NCBI GenBank assembly: GCA_965219955.1
Contig: OZ244799.1
Location: 480,001 to 544,000 of the forward strand
DNA length: 64,000 nt
From: a bacterium
GTDB taxonomy: Bacteria; UBA8248
Direction of reading: 5' to 3'
Shown here: piece after piece, positions 39,569 through 49,324 of the stretch
How the letters are laid out: every line of letters begins with the position of its first letter
How positions within the stretch are numbered: position 1 is the stretch's first letter
Position numbers and translations under genes: made by a program
The notes under the pieces: model-generated
Database searches by the model: none
What the model was told of the DNA's origin: nothing
Seen by the model: only the letters and a program-made list of their open reading frames with translations

Positions 39569-40627
39569 TCACCCGGCGGCATCGCCCCTCTGATTCCAAT
39601 CCACACTGTCCGGATAGAATTGCTCGCAATAGCGCCGGAAGGTTCCAATCTCTCCGTCGGAGCCGCACAGGCGGGGGCGGGGGATATACTGTTTACGGTC
39701 CCATATGACGACGTCCGATAACACGTCGCGCTTCTGGGCCGCCATGATGATTTTGTTCATGAGCCGGGTGCGGAGACCTGACGGCAGGAAGCGCATGCCG
39801 ATGATCGCCCGCTTCGGCTCCCGCAACCGCTTCACCTGGCTGACCAGCACCATTTCGAGCAGGTCGCCGTCGACCGGCGTTGCGAGCACCCACAGGCGCG
39901 TTTCCATGCCGAGGCCGTGTTCTTCGACCTCGACGTAGGAATAGCCCAGCCCGTGCACGTGGGTGACGGCGGAAACGTCGTATGTGTAGACCTTTACGCC
40001 GGCTACTTTCTGGCTTCGCGTGAAGTCGAAGCAGCTCTTGAGGTAGGAGCCTTCCACCTCGATGGTGCCGACCCGGTTCACGCTGCCGAAGCCGTGCACG
40101 TAGCGCAGGTGTCCGTCGTCGACGGAGTTCTCGGTCGTCTCCTGGGGATGCCCCGTGAACCTGACGCTCCAGGTCTCCAGCTCGCTCCAGTCGTCCCCGG
40201 CAGGTTCTTCCGGGAGGCGCCATTGCGGCGGCCGTCCGCCGACCCCCCGCCAGGCGAAGACGAGACCCAGGATTTCGCGCGTCTCGAACACGTTCAGCCT
40301 GGCGGTTCTGGGCGCGGGCGCGTAGGGCGTCTTGACGCATTGCCCTGTGGCGTCGTACTCGAACCCGTGGAAGGGACAGACGAGGCAGCCGTCCCGCACT
40401 ACGCCGCCGACGTCGGGGCCGAGTTCCGAACCCAGATGCGGGCAGAGGTCCTCCGCCACGCAGATGCGCCCCGCATCGTCGCACCAGACGACGATTTGCT
40501 CGCCCATCCAGGTTTTCTGGATCAGTTTTTTCTTCTCTATCGTCTTTCGGGTGGCGATGAAGTACCAGCCTTCGGGGAATGGGTAAAGCGAGGCTGTTTC
40601 TTTGCGCTCGATTCGCTCGGCTTTCAT
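39569..40627 (-). CDS. Rieske non-heme iron oxygenase, Neverland/DAF-36/KshA-like (sterol-acting)
   Basis: FPEGWY, CPHLG...CPFHG, ENSVDDGHLRYVH, DVVIWDRK.Y..PRL...DG.I..FRRY..QFY. Confidence 0.85.
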   Translation of the reverse strand: MKAERIERKETASLYPFPEGWYFIATRKTIEKKKLIQKTWMGEQIVVWCDDAGRICVAEDLCPHLGSELGPDVGGVVRDGCLVCPFHGFEYDATGQCVKTPYAPAPRTARLNVFETREILGLVFAWRGVGGRPPQWRLPEEPAGDDWSELETWSVRFTGHPQETTENSVDDGHLRYVHGFGSVNRVGTIEVEGSYLKSCFDFTRSQKVAGVKVYTYDVSAVTHVHGLGYSYVEVEEHGLGMETRLWVLATPVDGDLLEMVLVSQVKRLREPKRAIIGMRFLPSGLRTRLMNKIIMAAQKRDVLSDVVIWDRKQYIPRPRLCGSDGEIGTFRRYCEQFYPDSVDWNQRGDAAG

Positions 40628-40712
40628 CGGTATCCGCCATCCCCTGGTTCAAAGGCCGCCGCTTCGCCCCCGTGCAGGGCGTCGCGCGAGGTCATCGGGT
40701 GAGACCTGACGC

Positions 40713-41645
40713 CTAGAATCGATAGCGTATCCCCAACTCGAAAAGATGAATCCGCAAATCTGTCGTCGCCCTGACCGACGCACTCCTGTCGGCACTCGTG
40801 GCGGTGAACTCGAACTCGCTGGTTTGCTGGTAGCGGTAGCCCAGCTGAAAAGTAATGGCGTCCGAATACTGGTAGCCTATTCCCATGCCGAACTGATAGA
40901 CCACCCCCGAGTCGGCGCCTCTGACGTCGGGTATGGACCCCGGCGGCACGGCGGCCTGGGCCCCCAGAATAGCCTGCTGCCGGGCTTGTTCTATGGCTTG
41001 TGGAGGCGTGCCCGGAGGCAGGTTTCCCAACACGGTCGCCACCGCCACCGCCTCGGCAATCGCCAGTGCGGGCCCCCGGGGGTCATACTCCAGGTCGCCC
41101 TGATCGACCCGAATGAAGCCGAGGCCGCCGCCGATATAGGGTTTCCAGCGGGAAGCGGTGCTGATGTCGTACCAGAGGTTCACCGTGGTGCCGAACTGGC
41201 TGGCCGGGCCGGAGACCGGGATGTCCCTCGGCGGAACATCGAGGCCTGGCAACAAGGGACTGGAGATTCCGGTGTACGTCAGTTTGTCGACCTCGGACTT
41301 TCCGTAGAACACCTCGCCCTCGACGCGCAGACCCGAGTCGAATCTCCGGCCCAGGGCGCCGCTGATCCGGAACCCCGTTGCGTACGAGTTGGTGGCCGTC
41401 GAAGTGTAGGGGACTGGTATTGGTGATGGCGCGATAGCGGCTTCGCCGGCGGAGACGCTCACCGAGTCGTCGATGAACATGACCGGCACGTTGAAGCTCA
41501 TGTACCATTTCGAACCCTGAGTTTCCGCGCCTGAATCCGCGGCGCGCGCATCGGGCGTGAACGCCGGGAGGAGGAACACGGCAAGAATTACCGCCGTAAA
41601 GATCATCCGGTTACGAGTGTTTTCCCGGTGTGAAATCAGTCTCAT
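40713..41645 (-). CDS. Outer-membrane beta-barrel protein (Opa/P44/OmpA-like)
   Basis: Signal peptide; GLRVEGE, NLWYD, PYIGGGLG, QLGYRY; C-terminal YRF. Confidence 0.8.
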   Translation of the reverse strand: MRLISHRENTRNRMIFTAVILAVFLLPAFTPDARAADSGAETQGSKWYMSFNVPVMFIDDSVSVSAGEAAIAPSPIPVPYTSTATNSYATGFRISGALGRRFDSGLRVEGEVFYGKSEVDKLTYTGISSPLLPGLDVPPRDIPVSGPASQFGTTVNLWYDISTASRWKPYIGGGLGFIRVDQGDLEYDPRGPALAIAEAVAVATVLGNLPPGTPPQAIEQARQQAILGAQAAVPPGSIPDVRGADSGVVYQFGMGIGYQYSDAITFQLGYRYQQTSEFEFTATSADRSASVRATTDLRIHLFELGIRYRF

Positions 41646-41832
41646 GGCCTCTCCTCGTTTTCAGGTCGACTCGAACATATCTGCATAATCGCTCAACGGT
41701 CGATATCATCCGGTTTCTTCCCCAGAGCGGAACAAGAGCGATAAAGCCTTACGGAATCTGTATTATGGATATACTCAAAGACGCTCTCACCTTTGTCAAG
41801 TTTTTTCCAGGCGGTAAGGACGGCGGCAGGTC

Positions 41833-42055
41833 GGGTCTGTTGAAAAACTCCTATCCGACCTTCGAGATTGTTCGCCGTAGGGACAGGCCTCCGTGCGAGA
41901 TTGTTCGCCGTAGGGACAGGCCTCCGTGCCTGTCCTGCTCTTCGTGGTTGTCCTTCGTCAGGACAGGCACGGAGGCCTGTCCCTACAGAGCCATCGCGCC
42001 TGCGTCGCGTGAACCTACATGCCGCCGACCCCGAAACAGGCTTTTTCAACACCCC
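41833..42055. repeat. MITE-like unit with family A REP cargo and an internal 33-bp tandem duplication
   Basis: GGGTCTGTTGAAAAA...TTTTTCAACACCCC; CGAGATTGTTCGCCGTAGGGACAGGCCTCCGTG twice (41863-41928). Confidence 0.8.
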
Positions 42056-42100
42056 CGGCTCCCGCGGGCCGCCCGGGGAACCCGGCGCGGGACAGAAAAC

Positions 42101-42129
42101 TTGAATCCATCGATCCGCTGGGCCATAAT
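42101..42129 (+). promoter_or_regulatory. Putative sigma70 promoter of the MMPL-SMT genes
   Basis: TTGAAT-N17-CATAAT; similar to 46976-47005. Confidence 0.5.
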
Positions 42130-42281
42130 GATCTCACTTTGGTTCACTGTTGCGACCGCCCGGGCGTCATGGACTTCCACCGCGCAAGCCGCGTTGCGAT
42201 GCTCGGGATTCGCAACCAGTTCACAACCGCCCCCGGAACCGGCGGGTACGCTGCGGCTATACGCCGCCGTATAGCGAGGCC

Positions 42282-44567
42282 ATGATGTCCGCACCTCTGA
42301 ACCGCTATATTGCGTTCATGTTGCGCCGCAGACGGCTGGTCCTCGCGGCGAGCGTAGCGGTCATGCTGATACTGGCGGTCGGCCTCCGCACCATCGTCAT
42401 CTCCAACGACTGGCGCGACATGCTGGACGAGGGCAATCCCCAACTCGTCGCGTTCGACGCCATGGAGGCCACCTATTCGGCGACCAATGCGGCGGTGATC
42501 GCAGTCGCGCCCAAGGGGGGGGCGGTGTTCACCCGCGAGGCGCTCGGCGCCGTCGAGGAGTTGACCGAAGCCGCCTGGCGCGTGCCCAGGGCCATACGGG
42601 TCGACTCCATTACGAACTATAACCACACGGAGGCGGAAGAGGACGACTTGATCGTGGAGCGCCTCGTGGACGACGCGGGATCACTCAGCGATGCGGATCT
42701 CAAGCGGATCGAGAAGATCGCGCTGAGCGAGAGCAGCATCGTGGGCCGTCTCGTCTCGGGAGACGGGCGCGTTGCCGGGCTGGTCATCAGTTTCGCCTTG
42801 CCCGAGCGTTCGGACGCCGCGGAGATCCGGATTTACAACCATATCCGCGGCCTCCTTGAAAAATCCCGGAAGGCCCACCCGGACATCGAATACCACGTGA
42901 CCGGCAACGTCTTCGTGAACCAGGTCCTGACGGAAGCGGCCCAGGACGATATGGGGATCCTCGCGCCCGCGGCGTTCTTCATCATCATAGCCGTCGCCGC
43001 CATTCTGCTGCGCTCCCTGTTCGGCACGCTGTCCCTCGTCGCCGTGGTCATCTTCACCGTCATCTCGACCATGGGCGTCATCGGCTGGATCGGCCTGGTG
43101 CTCAACGCGGCCAACTCCAGCGTTCCCCTCATCATCATGACGCTCGCCATCGCGCACTCGGTCCACGTCGTCGAGTCGATCATTTCAGGCATGAGGGGAG
43201 GGCTGGACAGGGACGCCGCGATCGCCGGGTCGATGCGCGACAATGCCTGGCCCGTGTTCCTGACGACGGCCACGACGATGATCGGGTTCTTCAGCATGAA
43301 CGCCTCGGACTCTCCGCCTTTCCGGATCCTCGGCAACCTGGTGGCGTTCGGCATGCTGTGCGCCTACGCCTATTCCATGACGCTTCTGCCGGCGCTGCTG
43401 TCGGTCCTGCCGTTGCGCGCGCGTCCGGCGGGCGCCGTGGGTTCGGGCCTCTTCGACCGGCTCGGCGCCTTCGTCGTCGCGCGCCGCGCGCTCCTGCTCT
43501 GGGCCCTGGCCGCCGTTGCGATCGCGCTCGTGGCGGGCGTGCCCCGCGTCGAACTGACGGACAACTGGACGCAGCATCTGGATAAGCGTTACGAGTTCCG
43601 GCGCGACACGGATTTCGTCATCGAGAACCTGACCGGCGTGGAAACCCTGGAGTACTCCCTGGACTCCGGGCGCGAAGGCGGCATTACCGATCCCGGGTAT
43701 CTTCGCAAGGTCGAAGCCTTCGCCGATTGGTACCGCGCCCAGCCGGAAGTGGCGCACGTCCAGGTGTTTACGAACATCATGAAGCGCCTCAACAAGAACA
43801 TGAACGGCGATAATCCCGCCTTCTACCGGCTGCCGGAAAACTCCCGGCTCGCCGCGCAGTATCTGCTGCTCTACGAGCTTTCGGTCCCCTTCGGCATGGA
43901 CCTCAACAACCGCATCAACATCGCCAAATCCGCGACGCGCATGACCGTCACGCTCAAGAGGCTCAAGTCCGAGGAGCTGCGCGCGCTGGAAGCGCGCGGG
44001 CAGAAATGGCTCAGCGCCAACGCGCCCGACCTCGCGAAAGAGGCGTCGGGTTACAGCCTCATCTTCGCCCATCTGGCCATTCAGAACACCTTGAGCATGT
44101 TGTGGGGCACGCTCACCGGCATGATCCTCATTTCGCTGATCCTGATCGGGATTTTCAAGAGCCTGCGCCTCGGCCTCATCAGCCTCGTGCCCAACCTCAT
44201 CCCCGCGGCCATGGCCTTCGGCGTCTGGGGTTATCTGTACAGCGAGGTGGGGCCCGCCGGCTCTCTCGTGACCGCCATCGCCTTCGGCATCGTCGTCGAC
44301 GACACGATTCACTTCATGAGCAAGTATCTGAAGTCGCGCCGGGATGGTCATTCGGCATCCGAGGCGGTGCGCGCCACCTTCCGTTCGGTAGGCTTTGCGC
44401 TGTTCTCTACGACCTCGATCCTGGTGCTGGGCTTCCTGGTATTCGCCACGTCGGGATTCGCGATCACCTGGATGCTCGGCCTCCTGGTGGCGCTCACGCT
44501 TAGCTTCGCGCTGATCCTGGATTTGCTGCTCCTCCCGCCCCTGCTGATAGCCCTCGACCGGAAGTAA
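42282..44567 (+). CDS. MMPL/RND-family lipid transporter
   Basis: Two halves with periplasmic domains; LTTATTMIGF.S, GIVVDDTIHF, LDLLLLPPLL. Confidence 0.92.
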   Translation: MMSAPLNRYIAFMLRRRRLVLAASVAVMLILAVGLRTIVISNDWRDMLDEGNPQLVAFDAMEATYSATNAAVIAVAPKGGAVFTREALGAVEELTEAAWRVPRAIRVDSITNYNHTEAEEDDLIVERLVDDAGSLSDADLKRIEKIALSESSIVGRLVSGDGRVAGLVISFALPERSDAAEIRIYNHIRGLLEKSRKAHPDIEYHVTGNVFVNQVLTEAAQDDMGILAPAAFFIIIAVAAILLRSLFGTLSLVAVVIFTVISTMGVIGWIGLVLNAANSSVPLIIMTLAIAHSVHVVESIISGMRGGLDRDAAIAGSMRDNAWPVFLTTATTMIGFFSMNASDSPPFRILGNLVAFGMLCAYAYSMTLLPALLSVLPLRARPAGAVGSGLFDRLGAFVVARRALLLWALAAVAIALVAGVPRVELTDNWTQHLDKRYEFRRDTDFVIENLTGVETLEYSLDSGREGGITDPGYLRKVEAFADWYRAQPEVAHVQVFTNIMKRLNKNMNGDNPAFYRLPENSRLAAQYLLLYELSVPFGMDLNNRINIAKSATRMTVTLKRLKSEELRALEARGQKWLSANAPDLAKEASGYSLIFAHLAIQNTLSMLWGTLTGMILISLILIGIFKSLRLGLISLVPNLIPAAMAFGVWGYLYSEVGPAGSLVTAIAFGIVVDDTIHFMSKYLKSRRDGHSASEAVRATFRSVGFALFSTTSILVLGFLVFATSGFAITWMLGLLVALTLSFALILDLLLLPPLLIALDRK

Positions 44568-44700
44568 TCATGCTCCGGGCTCCGTCTCTCCCGATTGGCG
44601 CAGAGGGTCTCCGCGCTGCGTGGGTGCGGCCTTCCGGCAACAGGTGCGCTGCGAAGCGCCGCACGCAATGCGCCCGAACACGCTCGACTGACGCATCGTC

Positions 44701-45732
44701 ATGACATCCAAACCCAGGCTCACCGACATCCTGAAAGACGCAAAAACCGGTGACCGCGTTGCCTCTGGCATCCAGGAATATGACCGGCGCTACGGCGGCG
44801 CGGAACGCGGCGGCCTGGACGAGCGCAAGACGGACTACCTGGACTTCGAGAGAAGCTATTACAATCTGGTCACCGATTTCTTCGAGTACGGCTGGGGCCG
44901 GTCCTTCCATTTCGCGCCGCGCGTCGAAGGGGAGAGCTTCGCCGCCTCGCTCGCGCGTCACGAGCACTACATGGCGCACAGGCTGAATCTCCGGCCCGGA
45001 ATGGTGGCGGTGGACCTGGGCTGCGGCGTCGGCGGCCCGTTGCGCGAGATCGCACGCTTCTCGGGCGCGAAAATCGTCGGCGTCAACATCAACGAATACC
45101 AGTTGAAGCGCGCCGCAGAGCTGACGGAAGCGGAGCATCTAAGCCACCTGGCCGAATACCTGAACTGCGATTTCATGCGCGTCGATGCACCGGATGCCAG
45201 CTTCGACGCCGCCTATTCCATCGAGGCGACCTGCTGCGCGCCGGACAAGGCCGGCGTCTATGCCGAGGCGTTCCGCCTGCTCAAGCCCGGGGCTCTTCTC
45301 GGGGTCTACGAATACTGTATGACCGACCTTTTCGACGCGCAGAATCCCGGGCACCTGAAGCTCAAGGCCGATATGGAGCATAGCGGCGCACTGCCCGATA
45401 TCGCCCGGCCGCAAGAAGTCGACGACGCGGTTCGACAGGCAGGTTTCGAACTGCTCGAAGCGTGCGACCTCGCCGCCGAGGCACCGCCGGGGGTTCCCTG
45501 GCACCAGCCGCTGGTCGGCTCCGGCCTGTCCCTGGCGAGTTTCCGCTCCTCGGCGCTCGGGCGCCGGCTGACGCACAGCACGCTCTGGCTGCTCGAGCGG
45601 CTGGGAATCGTGCCGCGCGGGACGACCAGGGTGTCGAGCCTGCTGAACTTCGCCGCCGTCACCTTCGCCGAAGCCGGCCGCCTCGGTATTTTCACCCCGA
45701 TGTATTTCATACTCGCCCGCAAGCCGGAGTAG
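44701..45732 (+). CDS. Sterol 24-C-methyltransferase (ERG6/SMT family)
   Basis: YYNLVTDFFEYGWGRSFHFA, DLGCGVGGP, SIEATCCAP, YEY, C-terminal GIFTPMYFILARKP. Confidence 0.9.
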   Translation: MTSKPRLTDILKDAKTGDRVASGIQEYDRRYGGAERGGLDERKTDYLDFERSYYNLVTDFFEYGWGRSFHFAPRVEGESFAASLARHEHYMAHRLNLRPGMVAVDLGCGVGGPLREIARFSGAKIVGVNINEYQLKRAAELTEAEHLSHLAEYLNCDFMRVDAPDASFDAAYSIEATCCAPDKAGVYAEAFRLLKPGALLGVYEYCMTDLFDAQNPGHLKLKADMEHSGALPDIARPQEVDDAVRQAGFELLEACDLAAEAPPGVPWHQPLVGSGLSLASFRSSALGRRLTHSTLWLLERLGIVPRGTTRVSSLLNFAAVTFAEAGRLGIFTPMYFILARKPE

Positions 45733-45890
45733 GGAGGGGGTGCTGGGGAAGTGTTGATTTCGTGATTCGGCGTATGGAGCCGACCGGGGAGGGGCGGCTT
45801 CTTTGCGAAGCGGACGCCTCTTGCGGTTTTCGTATAACGCCCTCCTGAACCGAAGCGGGTATGGATTTCGCAGTCCGCAGGAAGCGTGTC

Positions 45891-46631
45891 ATGAACAAGT
45901 TCATATTATTCACTTGCCTGACGATTGCGTGCGCGTTCGCGCCGGCGAGGAATGCCTGCGCGCAGTCGATAGAAGAAGCGCGCGCCGCGTATGCCGAGGG
46001 CCGCTTCGTGGAGGCGGCCGAGCTCGCCCGTGCGCTCGGCACTTCCGAAGGCTATACGCTGGCCGCCGATTCACTGGCGATTCATGGCTACTACATGGCG
46101 CCGGAGGGCGAAAAGGAGGGCTTGTTCAAGCGGGCGGAGGAGTCCGCGCGAAAGGCGATCCGGCTCGACGCGGCCAGCCCCGAGGCCCATCTCCAGTTGG
46201 CCCACGCCATGGGCCGCCAGGCGCAGGTGAGCGGTGCGCTCAAGGCGTTGAAAGAGGGCTATGCAACCAAGGTGCGCGATGCGATTGAAGAGGCGCTTCG
46301 GCTGGCCCCGGACTCGGCATCCGCCCACGTCAGCCTGGGCGCCTGGCATGCGGGCGCCGTCGGCGCAGGCGGATTCTTCGCCGGTCTGCTCTACGGGGCG
46401 AGCGCAGAGGACGCTCACGCCCATTTCGAGCGGGCGCTCGAATTGGCGCCTCGGGACAAGGTGGCGCTTTTCGAATACGCGCTTGGTTTGCTGAGCCTGG
46501 ATGCCGATGAGAACCGCGCGAAGGCGCGCGACCTGCTCGAGCGTGCGATAAAATTGCCGCCGAAAAACGCCTTTGAGCGGCTGATTCACCAAAAAGCGGT
46601 CGAGCGGCTCGCGGCTATAAGCGGTGGATAG
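45891..46631 (+). CDS. Secreted TPR-repeat protein
   Basis: Signal peptide; TPR patterns ARKAIRLD..PEAH, EEALRLAP, FERALELAP. Confidence 0.75.
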   Translation: MNKFILFTCLTIACAFAPARNACAQSIEEARAAYAEGRFVEAAELARALGTSEGYTLAADSLAIHGYYMAPEGEKEGLFKRAEESARKAIRLDAASPEAHLQLAHAMGRQAQVSGALKALKEGYATKVRDAIEEALRLAPDSASAHVSLGAWHAGAVGAGGFFAGLLYGASAEDAHAHFERALELAPRDKVALFEYALGLLSLDADENRAKARDLLERAIKLPPKNAFERLIHQKAVERLAAISGG

Positions 46632-46925
46632 GGGGTTGTTGGAAAAATCCCCTTTTTCGGGGGCAGAGGGGACGCCCTGCTCGCCTGGAAAACCAACCCC
46701 CCCTACCCCCCCTTGACAGGGGGGTATAAAAAGGCGACGCCCGCCGCTGGTAGAGGGGCATTTGTTTTTTCTTGCCCCCCTGTCAAGGGGGGGTAGGGGG
46801 GGGTGCCTTTATCCTCTGACAAGAGGCCTTTTTCAACAGCCCCCTCAAGGGGGGAGTGGCTTGATGATGCGTATGTCGTTGAGAAATCTATTTCGGCTCG
46901 TTTGGGGACTGTTTCAACGACCTCA
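46632..46925. repeat. MITE-like unit (46632-46843) plus adjacent repeat remnants
   Basis: GGGGTTGTTGGAAAA...TTTTTCAACAGCCCC around CCCCCCTACCCCCCTTGACAGGGGG palindromes. Confidence 0.75.
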
Positions 46926-46975
46926 CAGGCCCGGCTTCATGCGCTTGTCGGAGCGATAGATACTGAATAAAACAC

Positions 46976-47005
46976 TTGAAATCAATCGTTTTACTGGCCC
47001 ATAAT
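46976..47005 (+). promoter_or_regulatory. Putative sigma70 promoter of the P450 gene
   Basis: TTGAAA-N18-CATAAT. Confidence 0.45.
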
Positions 47006-47112
47006 GCGCTTGGTCGGCTTTCTGCCGCGGCGGCCTGAGCGACACAGTCCCGCCTATTGGAAGCTTCCTGGAGCCATATACTCCTACACCCTGGCTTGGG
47101 GTGCGTTGTTCG

Positions 47113-49170
47113 ATGAGACTGATCGAAGAAATCATACTCCTGCTGCTGAACGAGGAGAGCGGCTATCTCGAACAGGTGGCAGGCTGGAATCTCTCGTGCG
47201 TTCTCGCCGGCGCCGTACTGGCGGACCTCGACCTCGAATCCCGCATCGACACCGCGCACGAGACACTCAAGCTGGACGATTCGACACCTGTGGGAGACGA
47301 CCTCCTCGACCCCGTACTGGCGACCATCGTCCGCGATCCCGAACCACGCAGCGTAAGCTACTGGGTCGAGAAAATCGCCGTCACGTCGGACGAGATACTG
47401 GATCAGGCTCTCGAACGGCTGGTGGAAAACGGGATTCTGGACCATTCGATCGGCGGCTTCTGGTCTCTCTCGCGAAACGCCGCGAATGCCGCCTACAGCA
47501 TGTCCAGCGGCGAGTCCCGGGCGAAAATCCGCCGGCGAATCGTCGATACGATACTCGAGGACGACATCCCCGACCCCCGTGACGCCATTATCATCGGCCT
47601 CGCCAATTCCTGCGACGCGTTCAGGTTTCTCCTGCAGCCGGAAGACTACGAGGCTTCACGCGAACGTATCGAGCTGTTCAGCATGCTGGACCGCATCAGC
47701 CGATCCGTCGCCACCGCCGTCGCGGCGACATCGGTCCGCCGCACCATCAAGACGGCGACGAAGCCCATTCCCGACATCAGCTTATGGAAACTGCTCCGCA
47801 AGGATTCGTTCTGGCAGGGAAATATGTCCAGGATAACGGCCGACCTCTACCGCGACTACGGCCCTGTATTCGCGATCAAGGCTCCCTTCTCCCAAAAGAG
47901 AATCTTCGTCATCGCCGGGAACAAGGCCAACATCTGGGTCAACCGGCGCGGACGGATGTACCTGCGGTCGAAGGATTACATTTCGGGTCTGGAGGAAGCG
48001 CTCGGCGTATCCAGAAGCCTGCCGGGCATGGACGGGGCCGAACACTACCGCATGCGCAAGGCGCAGTACACGGCCTTCACCAAGGGCCGCCTGAACGAAC
48101 GTCTCGACGAACTGCTGCATGAGGTTCGTGTGGGCCTGGATTCGTGGAAAGAGGGCGACGTGCTCATCGCCCGTGACGCGATCCGCAGGCTGATGGCCCG
48201 GCAGGTCACCCAGCTCTCGGTCAGCCTGGACCTTTCGGAATACATGGACGACATCCTCAGCTACAAGAACCGCATGTTGATCACCCACGTGCAAAAGGCC
48301 TTGCCGAAGTTTTTTCTGAAAACACCGAAAATGGCCGCCAAGGGACGGCGCATCGACCAGGTCTACGCCATGATCCGGAACACGCACACGCCGGGGCAGC
48401 GGGAGAACAAGCCGCGCGACCTGATCGACGACCTGCTCAGCCTGCACGCCAGCGACCCGCAGTATTTTCCGGAGGCCGATCACAAGTTTCCGATGATCAT
48501 GGCGTTCGTCGCGTCCATGTACATGGGCACCGCCCTCGCGTTCGCGGTCTTTGAAATGTATTCCAACCCGGACCTCCTTCAGCGCGTCCGCGAGGAAGCC
48601 GAGGCGCTGTTCGCGAACGGAGAACCGGGACCCGAGGACTTCACCGACGAGGCCATGGACACCACCCACAGGCTGGTCCTCGAGGCGCTTCGGGTCTATC
48701 CCAGCGTACCCGTGCAGATGAGAAACGTCATGAACCCCTGCGTCGTGGAGGGTTATGAAATTCCCCTCGGCTCACGCATCATCATGGCGATGACGGCCGT
48801 TCATTACCTGGAGGAGAACTATCCGGATCCGCTTAAGTTCGACATCGACCGGCATCTTCCCGGACGCGAGGAGACCAGGAAACACGGCGCATTCGGGACA
48901 TACGGTTTGGGGACGCACACCTGCCTCGGCGCAAGGGTGGTGGAATATCAGATGACTATCAACCTGATGATGATCGCCTACCACTTCGACCTCGAAGTGA
49001 TGCCCTCGAGCTACCCGATCAAAATCAATCCGTTCCCGACCTGCACCCCTCGCAAGAGCCTCAAGCTGCTGGTCAAGTCGAAGCGGCCGGTCACCCCGAG
49101 CGGCCAGGCGGACGCCTCGGGCGACCAGGCGGGCGCCGCGAGCGAGCGTAAGGTCGCCCTGCATTCCTGA
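47113..49170 (+). CDS. Cytochrome P450 with an N-terminal GPP34 (GOLPH3-like) domain
   Basis: N-terminus LIEEIILLLL..ESG...LAGAVLADL.LE.RID (GPP34-like); C-terminal EALR, DIDRH and heme motif YGLGTHTCLG. Confidence 0.88.
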   Translation: MRLIEEIILLLLNEESGYLEQVAGWNLSCVLAGAVLADLDLESRIDTAHETLKLDDSTPVGDDLLDPVLATIVRDPEPRSVSYWVEKIAVTSDEILDQALERLVENGILDHSIGGFWSLSRNAANAAYSMSSGESRAKIRRRIVDTILEDDIPDPRDAIIIGLANSCDAFRFLLQPEDYEASRERIELFSMLDRISRSVATAVAATSVRRTIKTATKPIPDISLWKLLRKDSFWQGNMSRITADLYRDYGPVFAIKAPFSQKRIFVIAGNKANIWVNRRGRMYLRSKDYISGLEEALGVSRSLPGMDGAEHYRMRKAQYTAFTKGRLNERLDELLHEVRVGLDSWKEGDVLIARDAIRRLMARQVTQLSVSLDLSEYMDDILSYKNRMLITHVQKALPKFFLKTPKMAAKGRRIDQVYAMIRNTHTPGQRENKPRDLIDDLLSLHASDPQYFPEADHKFPMIMAFVASMYMGTALAFAVFEMYSNPDLLQRVREEAEALFANGEPGPEDFTDEAMDTTHRLVLEALRVYPSVPVQMRNVMNPCVVEGYEIPLGSRIIMAMTAVHYLEENYPDPLKFDIDRHLPGREETRKHGAFGTYGLGTHTCLGARVVEYQMTINLMMIAYHFDLEVMPSSYPIKINPFPTCTPRKSLKLLVKSKRPVTPSGQADASGDQAGAASERKVALHS

Positions 49171-49324
49171 CCGGCGAAGGGACAGGCCTCCGTGCCTGTC
49201 CTGATGGCAACCATCCTGCAAAGGACAACCACGGAGGGTTGTCCCTACAACCGCCATTCCTCATTCATCGAGGCTTCTTCAACGGCCCCGACTCTATCGG
49301 GTGCGCAGACGAAAAGAATTTGAT

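Noticed and set aside
41863-41928. 33-bp direct repeat as a mini-CRISPR
   Set aside because: No spacer between the copies, it is part of a REP unit, and no cas genes are present.
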